Below, piece by piece: positions 63,731 to 64,000 of a stretch of DNA of 64,000 bases (position 1 is the first letter of the stretch; every line of letters starts with the position of its first letter). The position numbers and the translations under genes were made by a program. The notes under the pieces are model-generated. The model was given only the letters and a program-made list of their open reading frames with translations. It was not told the origin of the DNA and searched no databases. Source of the DNA: an uncultured virus (IMG/VR IMGVR_UViG_3300020037_010720) (lineage: Duplodnaviria > Heunggongvirae > Uroviricota > Caudoviricetes); the IMG/VR virus record IMGVR_UViG_3300020037_010720; one strand, 5' to 3'.

Positions 63731-64000
63731 GTGCCTCGGAAGAGTCGAGAAATCGCGACAGCTCGACGCGGTCCACCTCGTGCAACTTGGCGTACACGCC
63801 AGTCACCAGCAGGCGGCCCCGCGGGCCGATGTCCTCGAGCCAGCACAGCTTGTACTCCATGTCCTCGGGGCTGTTGCCGAGGGAGCGACGCCCGATCTCG
63901 ACGATGGAGAGCATGACCATGACGATGCGAACAGCGTGCATGTCGTCCGGGTCGTCCACCAGGTCGGAGGCGCCGTTCTCCTGCGCGACGGTCAGCTCGG
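63723..64000 (-). CDS. tail assembly chaperone (gpG-like), 5' truncated by the window edge
   Basis: Frame open to the window end; position upstream of the tape measure. Confidence 0.55.
   Translation of the reverse strand, partial: ELTVAQENGASDLVDDPDDMHAVRIVMVMLSIVEIGRRSLGNSPEDMEYKLCWLEDIGPRGRLLVTGVYAKLHEVDRVELSRFLDSSEALD

Noticed and set aside
1..64000. Integrase, att sites, capsid or large terminase
   Set aside because: No recognisable motifs in this window, so lifestyle and prophage status cannot be determined

Overview
A 64 kb, very GC-rich segment of a tailed dsDNA phage or prophage with a contractile tail (baseplate J, gp25-like wedge, spike, hub, LysM tube initiator, tape measure). 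The host is probably in the Myxococcota; this is inferred from a myxobacterial-type sigma70-region-4 protein and a Cys-rich secreted protein. Layout: (1) a short + operon, then a long - strand run of small accessory genes (2.4-24.5 kb) that includes an intein-split, repeat-expanded C5 methyltransferase, a DpdA/TGT-like gene, an ASCH protein and a PD-(D/E)XK nuclease; (2) a regulatory hub at 22.9-25.1 kb with sigma70 promoters, a 57-nt tRNA-like element and four identical-loop hairpins; (3) replication and recombination genes (SF2 helicase, DnaB, initiator-like protein, YqaJ, RecT, RuvC-like), two amino-MTases and a deaminase; (4) a Tad1-like anti-defence gene, an amidase endolysin and the - strand tail module, which carries opposite-strand insertions. 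The most striking unexplained signal is two sharply bounded ~0.95 kb GATC islands with 21 GATC each (hand count). Each starts at the same palindrome ACCGGATCCGGT and runs through the downstream gene; one lies over a late-promoter/terminase-small-subunit-like gene and the other lies beside the replication genes, suggesting a methylation-sensitive packaging/replication switch. No integrase, capsid, large terminase or CRISPR array is visible. All calls come from reading motifs by eye; no searches were run.
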